A stretch of DNA of 64,000 nt from Promethearchaeota archaeon (GTDB taxonomy: Archaea; Asgardarchaeota; Thorarchaeia; Thorarchaeales; Thorarchaeaceae). The stretch spans positions 64,001 through 128,000 of the forward strand of contig WJMJ01000078.1 in NCBI GenBank assembly GCA_014728035.1. The letters run 5' to 3'. Made by a program: the position numbers and the translations under genes. The notes beneath the pieces were generated by a model that worked only from the letters and a program-made list of their open reading frames with translations, did not search any database and had not been told where the DNA came from. Each line of letters opens with the position of its first letter. Within the stretch, counting starts at the first letter, position 1. Positions 28,826 through 37,866 of the stretch are shown in pieces.

Positions 28826-29083
28826 TCGAGTACCCGATACTCGTGTACGGCCCCGTCTTGAACTCGCATTCACAACATTAACGGTCCCAAGAAACGAGTT
28901 CTAGCATTGGTCCCAAATAATGCAGGTCCCCCTTGCAAATACTTGCGCATAATATGTGTTTTCCGTACACGGTGAACGGGTTTCCGGACGCGGATGGTTC
29001 GCATCTGCGAGCCAATCCGGTCCCATTTGGATGAATAATCAGGATTGCTCGATACGCATTCGTTCTCGGGCCCATTGGGCCCA
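28826..29083 (-). ncRNA. Candidate structured ncRNA (element B), related to element A
   Basis: Stems CGTGTACGG/CCGTACACG, GAACTCG/CGAGTTC, GCATT/AATGC, CGCGGATG/CATCTGCG; six GG(T/G)CCC motifs; junction motifs shared with element A. Strand uncertain. Confidence 0.45.
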
Positions 29084-29104
29084 TTTCTCTTTTCAAAGAA
29101 TAAG

Positions 29105-29506
29105 TTAGGGAGAATCGAAGCTGAAACCATCTCCAAAGAATTGAGTATTGATTAGATCATTTTCTTCTTCGGTAAGCAGCTCTACCATATCAATTGCCAT
29201 GTTTGCCTCCTGTCTGAATCCAAGAATCTCATATATCCAAACAAGTTTCAACCAAGCCTCTCGGATATTTTCATCTATTTCCACAGATGTCAATAAGGCG
29301 TCTTCTGCTGCTTCGAGTTCACCTTCTTCTAGCAAGTGCTTTCCAAATTCGTACCAAATGTATGCAAATTCTGGAGACTGTCGAGTCATTTGCACAAATG
29401 CATCTTGATCGTTAATTGAATGGGGTTCGTTCAATTTCTGTGTACGTGGAACGAATGGGGAAAATTCATCTTCAAATCCAATTGGTTTTTGTCTAGCTTT
29501 ACTCAT
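29105..29506 (-). CDS. Small TPR protein
   Basis: IWYEFGKHLLEEGELEAAEDAL; AWLKLVWIYEILG. Confidence 0.7.
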   Translation of the reverse strand: MSKARQKPIGFEDEFSPFVPRTQKLNEPHSINDQDAFVQMTRQSPEFAYIWYEFGKHLLEEGELEAAEDALLTSVEIDENIREAWLKLVWIYEILGFRQEANMAIDMVELLTEEENDLINTQFFGDGFSFDSP

Positions 29507-29737
29507 AGTGAAGCATCCGAATATATCGAGGTTTAAAGACAATTATCAATTGGCCTTTAATCAAAAAACATATCTCCTTTGTTAGATTTACATCTATGGT
29601 ACAATGGGGACTCCACGAAAGTATAGGAGAAATATAAAGTTCCAGAAACAACAAAAGACGACCTATAGAGCATATTTGATATCAAGTTTGCCAAATCATT
29701 ACACTTTTTGGTTATGAAATAGTTATTACGGGCTTAA

Positions 29738-30370
29738 ATGGGGATATTGAAATCGTATGATATGAAAACTTCCTGTCTCCGAGTGATAAGAAATCAGAGT
29801 GATAATTGGGAGTATTCCCGGCCTTATGCAAATGCCTCAACTGGGAAGTTATACGAATCTGCTTCAAACCAATCATTACAGTTATCATTACGAGAAGTAG
29901 TTTTGTATGAGTTAGCCCTCAGACAGGACGAGCGAGTCATGGATATATGTGAAAAGCTATTTGACTCTGCAGATATAGATGAGTGGCTATTGGGTCTGCG
30001 TATTTTGTCTGTAATAGGAACAGAACCAGCAATGGACCGATTGGTCCAAATCTATACGGATGCAGATGTTCACGGACGAAAGCTGGCGCTAGATATCATA
30101 GCTTCAAGTGTGTCTGCTGACTTTGCTCAACCCTTTAGCATAATGGTAAGAGAATTTATTGGTTCTGAATCAATTGACGTTTCAACATGGACTTCGGTGG
30201 CAATAGCTACTCTTTACCATGTATGCAAGAGAAAAGGAATCAACGTGGAATTCTTAGGAGACCCAAACTTTCGCCCATCCATTACAGGTTTTGAAGTGAG
30301 CTCAACAAAAGAACAGTCTACTGATCGATTAAAGAAAACACGATTGGTGGCAATTTCAAAAGAGAACTAA
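29738..30370 (+). CDS. HEAT-repeat-like hypothetical protein (start uncertain)
   Basis: LSVIGTEPAMDRLV HEAT-like segment. Confidence 0.55.
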   Translation: MGILKSYDMKTSCLRVIRNQSDNWEYSRPYANASTGKLYESASNQSLQLSLREVVLYELALRQDERVMDICEKLFDSADIDEWLLGLRILSVIGTEPAMDRLVQIYTDADVHGRKLALDIIASSVSADFAQPFSIMVREFIGSESIDVSTWTSVAIATLYHVCKRKGINVEFLGDPNFRPSITGFEVSSTKEQSTDRLKKTRLVAISKEN

Positions 30371-31311
30371 TTCTCTAACAGATCCAACTCATATCGAATG
30401 CGTCTGTATCGCTCAGTATATCCTAGTTTAAGATATAGCTGACGAGCAGCTTCTTCATCATCAATTACTACAAGGTCAGAACGGGAATACCCTTTCGTTT
30501 TTGCTCTATTCAGCAATTCCAGCAAAATAGCAAGACCATAGCCTTTTCGACGATGAGTTCCCTTTGTGCCAACACCATCAATAATCAGACGGGCATCATC
30601 TTTTGTTGAAGATGCCAACTTGGTACCTAATACATATACAACAGGTTTACCATCAACGTAGCCAAAAAGTGCAAAGTCCGAAACAAATCGATCTGATGTA
30701 CTAAATTTCATTAGTGTTTCAGATGTTACAGGGTTGTATCCAATTTTATCACTAAATATCTCATTTTGAAGATCAGCCCATATTGAGCCATCTTCAGAGG
30801 GATGAATTTCGCGAATAGTCAATTCCGGGGGTGTTGCTCTTACTGGTATTGCACCAATATCAAAGTTGGACATCTTAATCCAGGCCTTGACTGGTTCCAT
30901 ACCTCGTTTCTCTGCAAATTCTATTGCAGAAGGCCTGAAATCCGGGATATAGCTCACGACTTTCTGTGCTCTTTGGGATTTTGCTTTTCTAATGAGCTCA
31001 TTAAAGATAGTGGACCCCACACCTAGTTTTCTAAAATCCGGATGCACTTTCAGTGCTATGCGAGAAACTGGCGATTCCTGTTCAATTGATTTGAATACCG
31101 TGCCATATCCTACATAACCAGCTCCTGATATTCGTACTAGAATGACATTGTCTTCAACATCTACTCCGGGAGTTTGGTATCCAGCTCGATAGTATTCGCC
31201 ATCAAGATCTACGTGATCAGGATTATCTCTGGAACTCACAGCATTGTATATTCGAGCTATTTCGTCACAATGGTCAAGTTTTCCAGGTTCAATACTGATA
31301 TCTGAATTCAA
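30367..31311 (-). CDS. Tandem GNAT acetyltransferase (MshD-like architecture)
   Basis: VHPDFRKLGVG and HRRKGYG acetyl-CoA motifs; ARQLYLKLGY. Confidence 0.9.
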   Translation of the reverse strand: MNSDISIEPGKLDHCDEIARIYNAVSSRDNPDHVDLDGEYYRAGYQTPGVDVEDNVILVRISGAGYVGYGTVFKSIEQESPVSRIALKVHPDFRKLGVGSTIFNELIRKAKSQRAQKVVSYIPDFRPSAIEFAEKRGMEPVKAWIKMSNFDIGAIPVRATPPELTIREIHPSEDGSIWADLQNEIFSDKIGYNPVTSETLMKFSTSDRFVSDFALFGYVDGKPVVYVLGTKLASSTKDDARLIIDGVGTKGTHRRKGYGLAILLELLNRAKTKGYSRSDLVVIDDEEAARQLYLKLGYTERYRRIRYELDLLEN

Positions 31312-31431
31312 TAATATCCCTCACAATTACATTTTATAGTACAGTAGATATAAACCACCCATATATCTTGTATAATTGTATTAGGTCATCTATACATATA
31401 ATGATTGATTCAATTGTAGCAAAATAATCTG

Positions 31432-32928
31432 GTGAATATCAACTTGATTCACAATACATTCCTCATCAAAATCTCAGGCAAAGTTTTAGCTACGGCACAA
31501 TACTGGCCAATAGAAGTGTCACAATCAGAGATTGAAGAATTTATTTCTACTAGAGAGGAAATCAAGGATGCCTCAGGTAGTGAGTTCATGAATATCCCTC
31601 TAAACATTCATGACCACAAAATGATGGCACTAGAAGTTGAGTCAGACTTGTTATTGCTTATGGTAGGAGATCATGGTGAGGATGACCGAGCTCTTAGTGA
31701 AAAACTCAAGAAAGGTGCAAGAATTTTACAGAAATATTCTGAGTCAAACGGTTCCGGTAAAATGATTCAGAATTTTGAGAGCATAATTGAATCGTCGGTT
31801 ACGACAAAACTGAAAATAGCACTAGTAGGCGAGGGCGGTGTTGGAAAAACCACTACATTACATCTCTTACTTGGAGATACACCCCCAACACAATATGTTC
31901 CCACCATTGCCTTGAATTTGGAAACGGTTGAAAATATTAGATTTGGGAACTATAGCCTAGTACTCTGGGATTTTGCTGGGCAAGAACGTTTCAGAAATCT
32001 CTGGAAGTTTTATTTCCATGGTGCTGATGTGATTTTTCTAGTCTGTGATTCTTCTTTGCGAAACGTAATTGTAAGCAAAGACATTATGAAACTCATTCGT
32101 AGAGATGCACCAAAAGTGCCACTATTTGTCATTGCCAATAAACAAGACAAACCAAATGCAATGCGTCCTGAAGTCATACAGAAAATCCTTGGCGTACCAA
32201 CATATCCAATGGTAGCAGTGGACAAGAGTCGTCGTGATGAGATGCTCCGAATTCTGATGAATGCCGCTGCACAATATGTAGGAGTTACTCTTCCGGACCT
32301 TCCAGCAACTGAGATTCTCAGATTTACTGACGAATTGTCAGAAGAGATTGCTCAGCTCGAAGGAATAGACGACTTACATGAAGAAGAAACCTCAGATGAA
32401 GAGGAATTGGAAGATGAAGATGAATATGAAATAGTTGAGGTTCTCGTTGATGAAGATGGACATATTATAGATGAAGAAGATATGGACGATGGCGAATACG
32501 AGATTGTTGAAGAATATATTGAGGAAACTGATGGAGAATATGTGGCCGAAGCAGATGAAGAAACTAAAAAGGATCCGCTCAAAACAATATCTGAAGCACT
32601 AGAAGCTGATGAGGATTTTGAATCAGAGATTGAAATGGTTTCTGAAGAAGAAATTGAAGAGAGTCTTAAGGCACTAAAGAGTGACGAGGTCGGGGACATC
32701 TCCACTGAACAACATCCTAGTGAAACCATATCCACAGGTACTATCAGAGAGTTAGAGCAAATTCTTGGAGTAATGGAACCTGTACGTTTGACAGAAAATG
32801 AATCACCAGATGATGAAGTAGAAAGACCACTTTCCATAACAAAACAGACAATTTCCGACTTGGAACAAATTCTTGGAAAAATGGAACCGGTCAATCTGCA
32901 TAATGAAGATGACGAAGATTCAGAGTAG
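31432..32928 (+). CDS. Arf-like GTPase with N-terminal longin/roadblock-like domain and long acidic repeat tail
   Basis: GEGGVGKTT, YVPTI, WDFAGQERFRNLWKFYF, NKQD; D/E-rich C-terminal 200 aa. Confidence 0.85.
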   Translation: MNINLIHNTFLIKISGKVLATAQYWPIEVSQSEIEEFISTREEIKDASGSEFMNIPLNIHDHKMMALEVESDLLLLMVGDHGEDDRALSEKLKKGARILQKYSESNGSGKMIQNFESIIESSVTTKLKIALVGEGGVGKTTTLHLLLGDTPPTQYVPTIALNLETVENIRFGNYSLVLWDFAGQERFRNLWKFYFHGADVIFLVCDSSLRNVIVSKDIMKLIRRDAPKVPLFVIANKQDKPNAMRPEVIQKILGVPTYPMVAVDKSRRDEMLRILMNAAAQYVGVTLPDLPATEILRFTDELSEEIAQLEGIDDLHEEETSDEEELEDEDEYEIVEVLVDEDGHIIDEEDMDDGEYEIVEEYIEETDGEYVAEADEETKKDPLKTISEALEADEDFESEIEMVSEEEIEESLKALKSDEVGDISTEQHPSETISTGTIRELEQILGVMEPVRLTENESPDDEVERPLSITKQTISDLEQILGKMEPVNLHNEDDEDSE

Positions 32929-32994
32929 TTTGTAATCTGCCTCACTCGGAAGCTTGATTTGCTATAAGCAATTTTCATTTCCTGTGGTTATCTC

Positions 32995-33354
32995 GTGAAA
33001 ATAGAAGATGTCGAACCTGACAAAAGCGTACCTGAACTGATTGTCCGAGTTATTTCAGTAGCTCCTCCGCGAATCATCACAACACGTGGTGGAAGGAAAA
33101 CACAGTTAACTGAGGTATTAGTAGCTGATGAAACAAAAAGAGTTGTGCTTTCCCTTTGGGGTTTTGGAAAGGCGTCTGACTTATCTGCTGGAAAAATAAT
33201 AAAAATTACCAATGGATGGGCGAAAGAATGGAAAGGTAAACTTCAACTTTCTCTTGGACGTTCTGGAAAATTCGAAGAGGTAGATGACGATGAAACTCTT
33301 CCGAGTTTAAACGAACTAATGTCTATTCCCAGTAAAGTTTCTTCAGAGGAATAA
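32995..33354 (+). CDS. ssb: Single-OB-fold ssDNA-binding protein (crenarchaeal SSB-like)
   Basis: VADET...LSLWG...IKITNGWAKEWKGKLQLSLGR. Confidence 0.85.
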   Translation: MKIEDVEPDKSVPELIVRVISVAPPRIITTRGGRKTQLTEVLVADETKRVVLSLWGFGKASDLSAGKIIKITNGWAKEWKGKLQLSLGRSGKFEEVDDDETLPSLNELMSIPSKVSSEE

Positions 33355-33382
33355 CCACAATTCCAAGGAGGTTGTTTGATCG

Positions 33383-33871
33383 GTGCAGATTTATCTCTCT
33401 GGCCCAATCATTCACAAACATCTTAGACGTGATGAGTTCTACAAAAAAGTTACAGAAAGTCTTGAAATGCAAGGACATGGTGTCTTCACACCACAATTCA
33501 TGCCTCCAACAGATGCAAGAGCAATCTATGAGCGAGACTTTCAATGGGTCATGGAAAGTGATTTGATTCTTGCCGAGGTCTCAAAACCGTCTTTGGGAGT
33601 GGGTATGGAACTCATGCTTGCAGTTCTTGAGAAAAAACCAGTACTTGCCTTTTATGAAGGGAATATCAAAATGCTTTCAAAAATGGTTCGAGGTGCAGAT
33701 GGTATCACTGTAATTGAGTATTCTAATACTGATGAAGTAATTGAATTCATTACGCAACATGATTTTGAATCAATGGTCTTAAAGAAATGTTCAAAGTGCC
33801 AATCATGGATACTAGAAAAAAGAGATAACTCGTTCCTTTGTATTCTCTGTGACACAGAAGTACCGGTGTGA
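33383..33871 (+). CDS. Nucleoside 2-deoxyribosyltransferase/DNPH1-like protein with C-terminal Zn ribbon
   Basis: IYLSGPI, IYERD, PSLGVGME, LSKMVRG; CxxC...CxxC. Confidence 0.82.
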   Translation: MQIYLSGPIIHKHLRRDEFYKKVTESLEMQGHGVFTPQFMPPTDARAIYERDFQWVMESDLILAEVSKPSLGVGMELMLAVLEKKPVLAFYEGNIKMLSKMVRGADGITVIEYSNTDEVIEFITQHDFESMVLKKCSKCQSWILEKRDNSFLCILCDTEVPV

Positions 33872-34819
33872 TTGATGGCTGAATCATATCTCCCAGAGGA
33901 TATCAATAGGTTTCAAATTATACTACTTCTAATTCTATCTGTTTCGATGGTTTCTAGTGCCAGTATTCTAATCCGGTTCAGCACGTCTAACCCATTGGTT
34001 ATCGTATTTTGGCGCACATTATTTGGGGGTGTTCTTATGGCAAGTGCGGGTTTGGCGCGAAATGACTTTAGAAAGAGTTATCCCATAGTCAGAAAAAGAT
34101 GGAAATGGCTGTTAGTAATTGGAGTGATTCTATCACTTCATTTTTCATTTTGGTTCACATCTCTGTTTCTAACAACAGTTGCTGCAAGTGTGGTGCTTGT
34201 AAATACATCACCTATTTTTACTGCCATACTCTCCACATTGGTTCTAAAAGAAGCACTAGGGACACGGTCATGGATTGGCGTAATAACTGCTGTAATTGGA
34301 TCAATTATCTTAGCTTTTACGGATCTAAATATAATAGGGATTGACGCATTATTTGGAGATATTCTAGCCTTGTTAGCGGGATTATTTCTTGCGTTATATT
34401 TCATTGGTGGCCGGAAATATGCCAAGGGATTACCAATCACTGTTTATACCTCAATAATATATTTCACAGCCGCCCTTGTGACCCTTGCAATATGTGTTTT
34501 TAATGGAGTAAATGTGCTAGTATTGGAATTTTCAGAATATCTGATATTCATCGCATTGGCAATATTCCCAACAGCATTAGGCCATTCAGTAAACAATTAT
34601 TTGCTTACATTAGTTCCAGCATATGTTGTATCATCCGCGGTACTTGGGGAACCAATCGGAGCTACTATTCTCGCCGCGGTTTTCCTTGGGGAAATACCTT
34701 CAACTGTAACGTTCATCGGATTTGGAATTATTCTGTTAGGTATTGCCCTGGTTCTGGTGGACATAGCCGCCAGAACACGAGGAAACAAATCATCCCTTGA
34801 TAACACCGATAGGTCTTAG
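33872..34819 (+). CDS. DMT/EamA-family transporter
   Basis: About 10 TMs; TSPIF...KE; EPIGA...GE. Confidence 0.9.
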   Translation: MMAESYLPEDINRFQIILLLILSVSMVSSASILIRFSTSNPLVIVFWRTLFGGVLMASAGLARNDFRKSYPIVRKRWKWLLVIGVILSLHFSFWFTSLFLTTVAASVVLVNTSPIFTAILSTLVLKEALGTRSWIGVITAVIGSIILAFTDLNIIGIDALFGDILALLAGLFLALYFIGGRKYAKGLPITVYTSIIYFTAALVTLAICVFNGVNVLVLEFSEYLIFIALAIFPTALGHSVNNYLLTLVPAYVVSSAVLGEPIGATILAAVFLGEIPSTVTFIGFGIILLGIALVLVDIAARTRGNKSSLDNTDRS

Positions 34820-36241
34820 TCGAACTGCAGTCGTTGCAATACCAAGGGCATCAGAAACTTTTACAACTTCATCAACATCCTTGTAAGCTCCTGGGGCTTC
34901 TTCAGCAATCACAACAGCTTTTGTGGATTTGACGATAATGCCATCACTTGCAAGGTCTTTTTGAACATCTTTGCCATAGAATTGTTTCTTAGCTCTTGTC
35001 CTACTCATGAGTCGTCCTGCTCCATGTGCTGTTGAACCAAATGTTAATTCCATACCTCTTGGGTTTCCAACCAATATGTAGGAGGCAGTACCCATTGTGC
35101 CAGGAATTAAAACGGGTTGTCCTATTTTCTTGTAAGCTGAAGGAGTTTCAGGATGTCCAGCTGGAAATGCACGGGTTGCACCTTTTCGATGGACAACTAC
35201 CTTGGTCTTTTTCCCTTCAATATCGTGTTCTTCGACCTTGCCCATATTGTGAGCAACATCATAAATCAGCTTCATATCGAGGTCTTCAGGAGATGAACCC
35301 ATAACTTTGGAAATTGCTTCTCTTGTCCAGTGCATCATAGTCTGTCTATTTGCCCAAGCATAATTAGCAGCTGCACTCATCGCAGCAAGGTAATCTTGTC
35401 CTTCTGAGGATGTGGTTGGAGCACTACATAACTCTCGTTCTGGAACCTGTATGTTATACTTTCTCATGGCTTTAGTCATAATCTTGATATAATCACTACA
35501 GACTTGGTGGCCTAGACCTCTTGAGCCACTATGAATCATAACAGTGACCTGACCCTCTCGTGTGATACCCATAGCTTTTGCTGCTGCTTCATCGTAAATC
35601 TTATCGACCAGTTGAAGCTCTAGAAAATGATTGCCCGACCCAAGGGTGCCTACCTGACTCATACCTCGTTTCTTTGCATGCTCAGATATTTTCGATGCGT
35701 CTGCAATCTCTAAGTTTCCTCGCCCTTCTGTATGATCAAGGTCTTCATCCCAACCATAACCATTTTCCACAGCCCATTTCGCCCCATTATTCAGAACATC
35801 TTCCACACCACGAAATCCTTGGAGACTGATTTTCCCAGAACGTCCGACACCTGTGGGTACATCGTTAAAGAGTCGATCGATTAATTCTCGTATTTTTGGC
35901 CGTACATCGGATTCGTCCATATTTGTTCGCAAAACACGAACTCCACAATTTATGTCATAGCCAACTCCACCAGGAGATATCACACCCGTTTCGTAATCAA
36001 GAGCTGCTACTCCACCAATTGGAAATCCATATCCTTGATGACCATCAGGTAGAACAATGCTGTGGGAATAGATGCCTGGAAGACATGCAACATTGGTTCC
36101 CTGTGTAAAGGTCTTATCTTGCTTCATTTTGCTAACTAGTGCGGCTGAAGCATGAACATGAACAGGTACATTCATGCATTTTTTAGTTCCTTTTGGAATC
36201 TCATAGATGTTTTCAGCTATCTTTTTGATTTCCACTATCAA
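34790..36241 (-). CDS. rtcB: RNA-splicing ligase RtcB
   Basis: PDGHQGYGFPIGG, GYDINCG, GTLGSGNHFLE, HSGSRG, HRKGAT, HGAGR. Confidence 0.97.
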   Translation of the reverse strand: MIVEIKKIAENIYEIPKGTKKCMNVPVHVHASAALVSKMKQDKTFTQGTNVACLPGIYSHSIVLPDGHQGYGFPIGGVAALDYETGVISPGGVGYDINCGVRVLRTNMDESDVRPKIRELIDRLFNDVPTGVGRSGKISLQGFRGVEDVLNNGAKWAVENGYGWDEDLDHTEGRGNLEIADASKISEHAKKRGMSQVGTLGSGNHFLELQLVDKIYDEAAAKAMGITREGQVTVMIHSGSRGLGHQVCSDYIKIMTKAMRKYNIQVPERELCSAPTTSSEGQDYLAAMSAAANYAWANRQTMMHWTREAISKVMGSSPEDLDMKLIYDVAHNMGKVEEHDIEGKKTKVVVHRKGATRAFPAGHPETPSAYKKIGQPVLIPGTMGTASYILVGNPRGMELTFGSTAHGAGRLMSRTRAKKQFYGKDVQKDLASDGIIVKSTKAVVIAEEAPGAYKDVDEVVKVSDALGIATTAVRLRPIGVIKG

Positions 36242-36385
36242 TCAATCCTCTATCTGAAAGATACATCTCGCCACTTCTGCTATAAGGCTTGTGACAGGAC
36301 TACTAAAACTGAGGACTTATTTTGAATATTGAACCACAATCTACTGGGACAATCGTCCACAGTAAATAGGAGGTAGAATGACCTA

Positions 36386-37420
36386 GTGCCTAAACCTCGG
36401 CTAACAACAATGGTAACTTCGCACGGATGAAGCTGTAAGGTCAAACAGGATGATCTAACAAGATTACTTCAACAAGCTGGATTGCTTCCAGAAGATAAGA
36501 CCTGTTCGGATCAAGTTGGAGATGATGCAGTCGCTCAGATCTTGAGTGATAATATTGCGGTAGTAGAGAATGTAGATGTCTTCACACCGATTCACGACGA
36601 CCCATATATCCAAGGTGAAATCGTTGCATGCAATGCCTCCAATGATGTATTCGCTATGGGTGTAACCACATTGGTTTCTCTTCAAGCCTTTCTAGCTTAT
36701 CCAAAGAGTATGGATGAAGAGGTGATTGTAGATGTGCTTCGTGGAATGAATGACTTCATGGAACGCCTGAATTCCAAAGTAACTGGTGGACAGACTATAA
36801 AGAATCCATGTCCAGTTTTTGGCGGTGTATGTTTAGGTGTTATACATCCAAAGGACATCATCTATTCAAAAGGAGCCCGTCATGGAGATATCATCCTCCT
36901 AACAAAACCTCTTGGAATTCAACCCGCAATGAGGTCATATCGTGACCTTCAAGATGAGAAGAGAACTAATCTTCTTGCGGAATTCGACGAAGAGGAGTTA
37001 TGCAAAATGCAGGAAACTGCTGTAAAAATTATGACTCAAAGCAATCTCGAAGTTGCTCGGGTTATGAGAAGCATTGGTGTTCATGCTGCGACAGATGTCA
37101 CTGGATTCGGTGTTTTGGGCCATGCCCAAAATGTCGCAACTCTCAGCGAAGTCCAAATAGAAATCGAAAGTTTGCCTGTTATCAAAGGAACCTTGGAACT
37201 CGCAGAATTCTTTGGACACAAACTTGCAGCAGGATTAGGTGCAGAAACAGCGGGAGGAATGCTGGTATTCTTACATCCTGAAAAAGTCGATGCATTTCGA
37301 TACGAGTTGCGTGAGTTTGGATTACCTTGTTGGCCTATTGGACACGTAACAAAAGATTCCGATGCACCTTCAGCTTCGTTGGCTGAAGGTATAGAGTTCA
37401 TAGAGACCGATTTCCCGTGA
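36386..37420 (+). CDS. selD: Selenophosphate synthetase, selenoprotein (Sec at UGA 36428-36430)
   Basis: In-frame upstream extension MPKPRLTTMVTSHG-UGA-SCKVK after a GGAGG SD; DDA, D.F.P, DVTGFG..GH, ETAGG. Confidence 0.93.
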
Positions 37421-37480
37421 ACATCACTTGAAACCTAAAGGGGAAGTGAGTGAGGATAGCCGAAGCAATCGGACGGTCTC
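37403..37480 (+). promoter_or_regulatory. Eukaryote-like SECIS element overlapping the selD stop codon
   Basis: GUGAA (37417-21) / UGAG (37451-54) core, helix ACATCACTT/AAGTGAGT, apical AAA plus mini-stem, outer helix GAGACCG/CGGTCTC. Confidence 0.75.
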
Positions 37481-37509
37481 ACTATTTTTTTCAATAGAAA
37501 ACACTGATA

Positions 37510-37674
37510 TCATTCTAAAAGATGATTGAGGCGATCAAAGATTTCTGTAATACCCTCTAGACTCTCCAAATCAATCTCGGGGTCCATAAACTTTCGTATT
37601 TCGATAAGCTCGTCGACGTTCTCTTCATGAAACAGCCAGAATTCTTGTTGGATTTGCTCTTTTGCTTTTGACAT
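37510..37674 (-). CDS. 54-aa acidic helical microprotein (below ORF-track cutoff)
   Basis: MSKAKEQIQQEFWLFHEENVDELIEIRKFMDPEIDLESLEGITEIFDRLNHLLE; fills the intergenic gap. Confidence 0.6.
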   Translation of the reverse strand: MSKAKEQIQQEFWLFHEENVDELIEIRKFMDPEIDLESLEGITEIFDRLNHLLE

Positions 37675-37710
37675 GACAAGTTCACTTCGTTTATATTATC
37701 TATCTAATAA

Positions 37711-37764
37711 TTCGTTATTTGTCGATATAACTTCTTTGGAGAATGTTGGTTCGTTATTTGTCGA
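37711..37764. repeat. Two identical 15-bp direct repeats in a divergent promoter region
   Basis: TTCGTTATTTGTCGA at 37711-37725 and 37750-37764. Confidence 0.8.
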
Positions 37765-37866
37765 ATTTTTACCGTTTTGGGTCTGCTTACCTTAGGTTTA
37801 ATACGATAAACATTAAATCACCATATCGTATAGAGAAATCAATACCTTCAGTGTAGGTGAAAGAAC

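Noticed and set aside
28870-29136. Minus-strand ORFs of 88 and 72 aa
   Set aside because: Atypical composition; better explained by the GC-rich structured element.
32352-32978. 208-aa Ser-rich minus-strand ORF
   Set aside because: Shadow of the GAA/GAT-rich acidic tail on the + strand.
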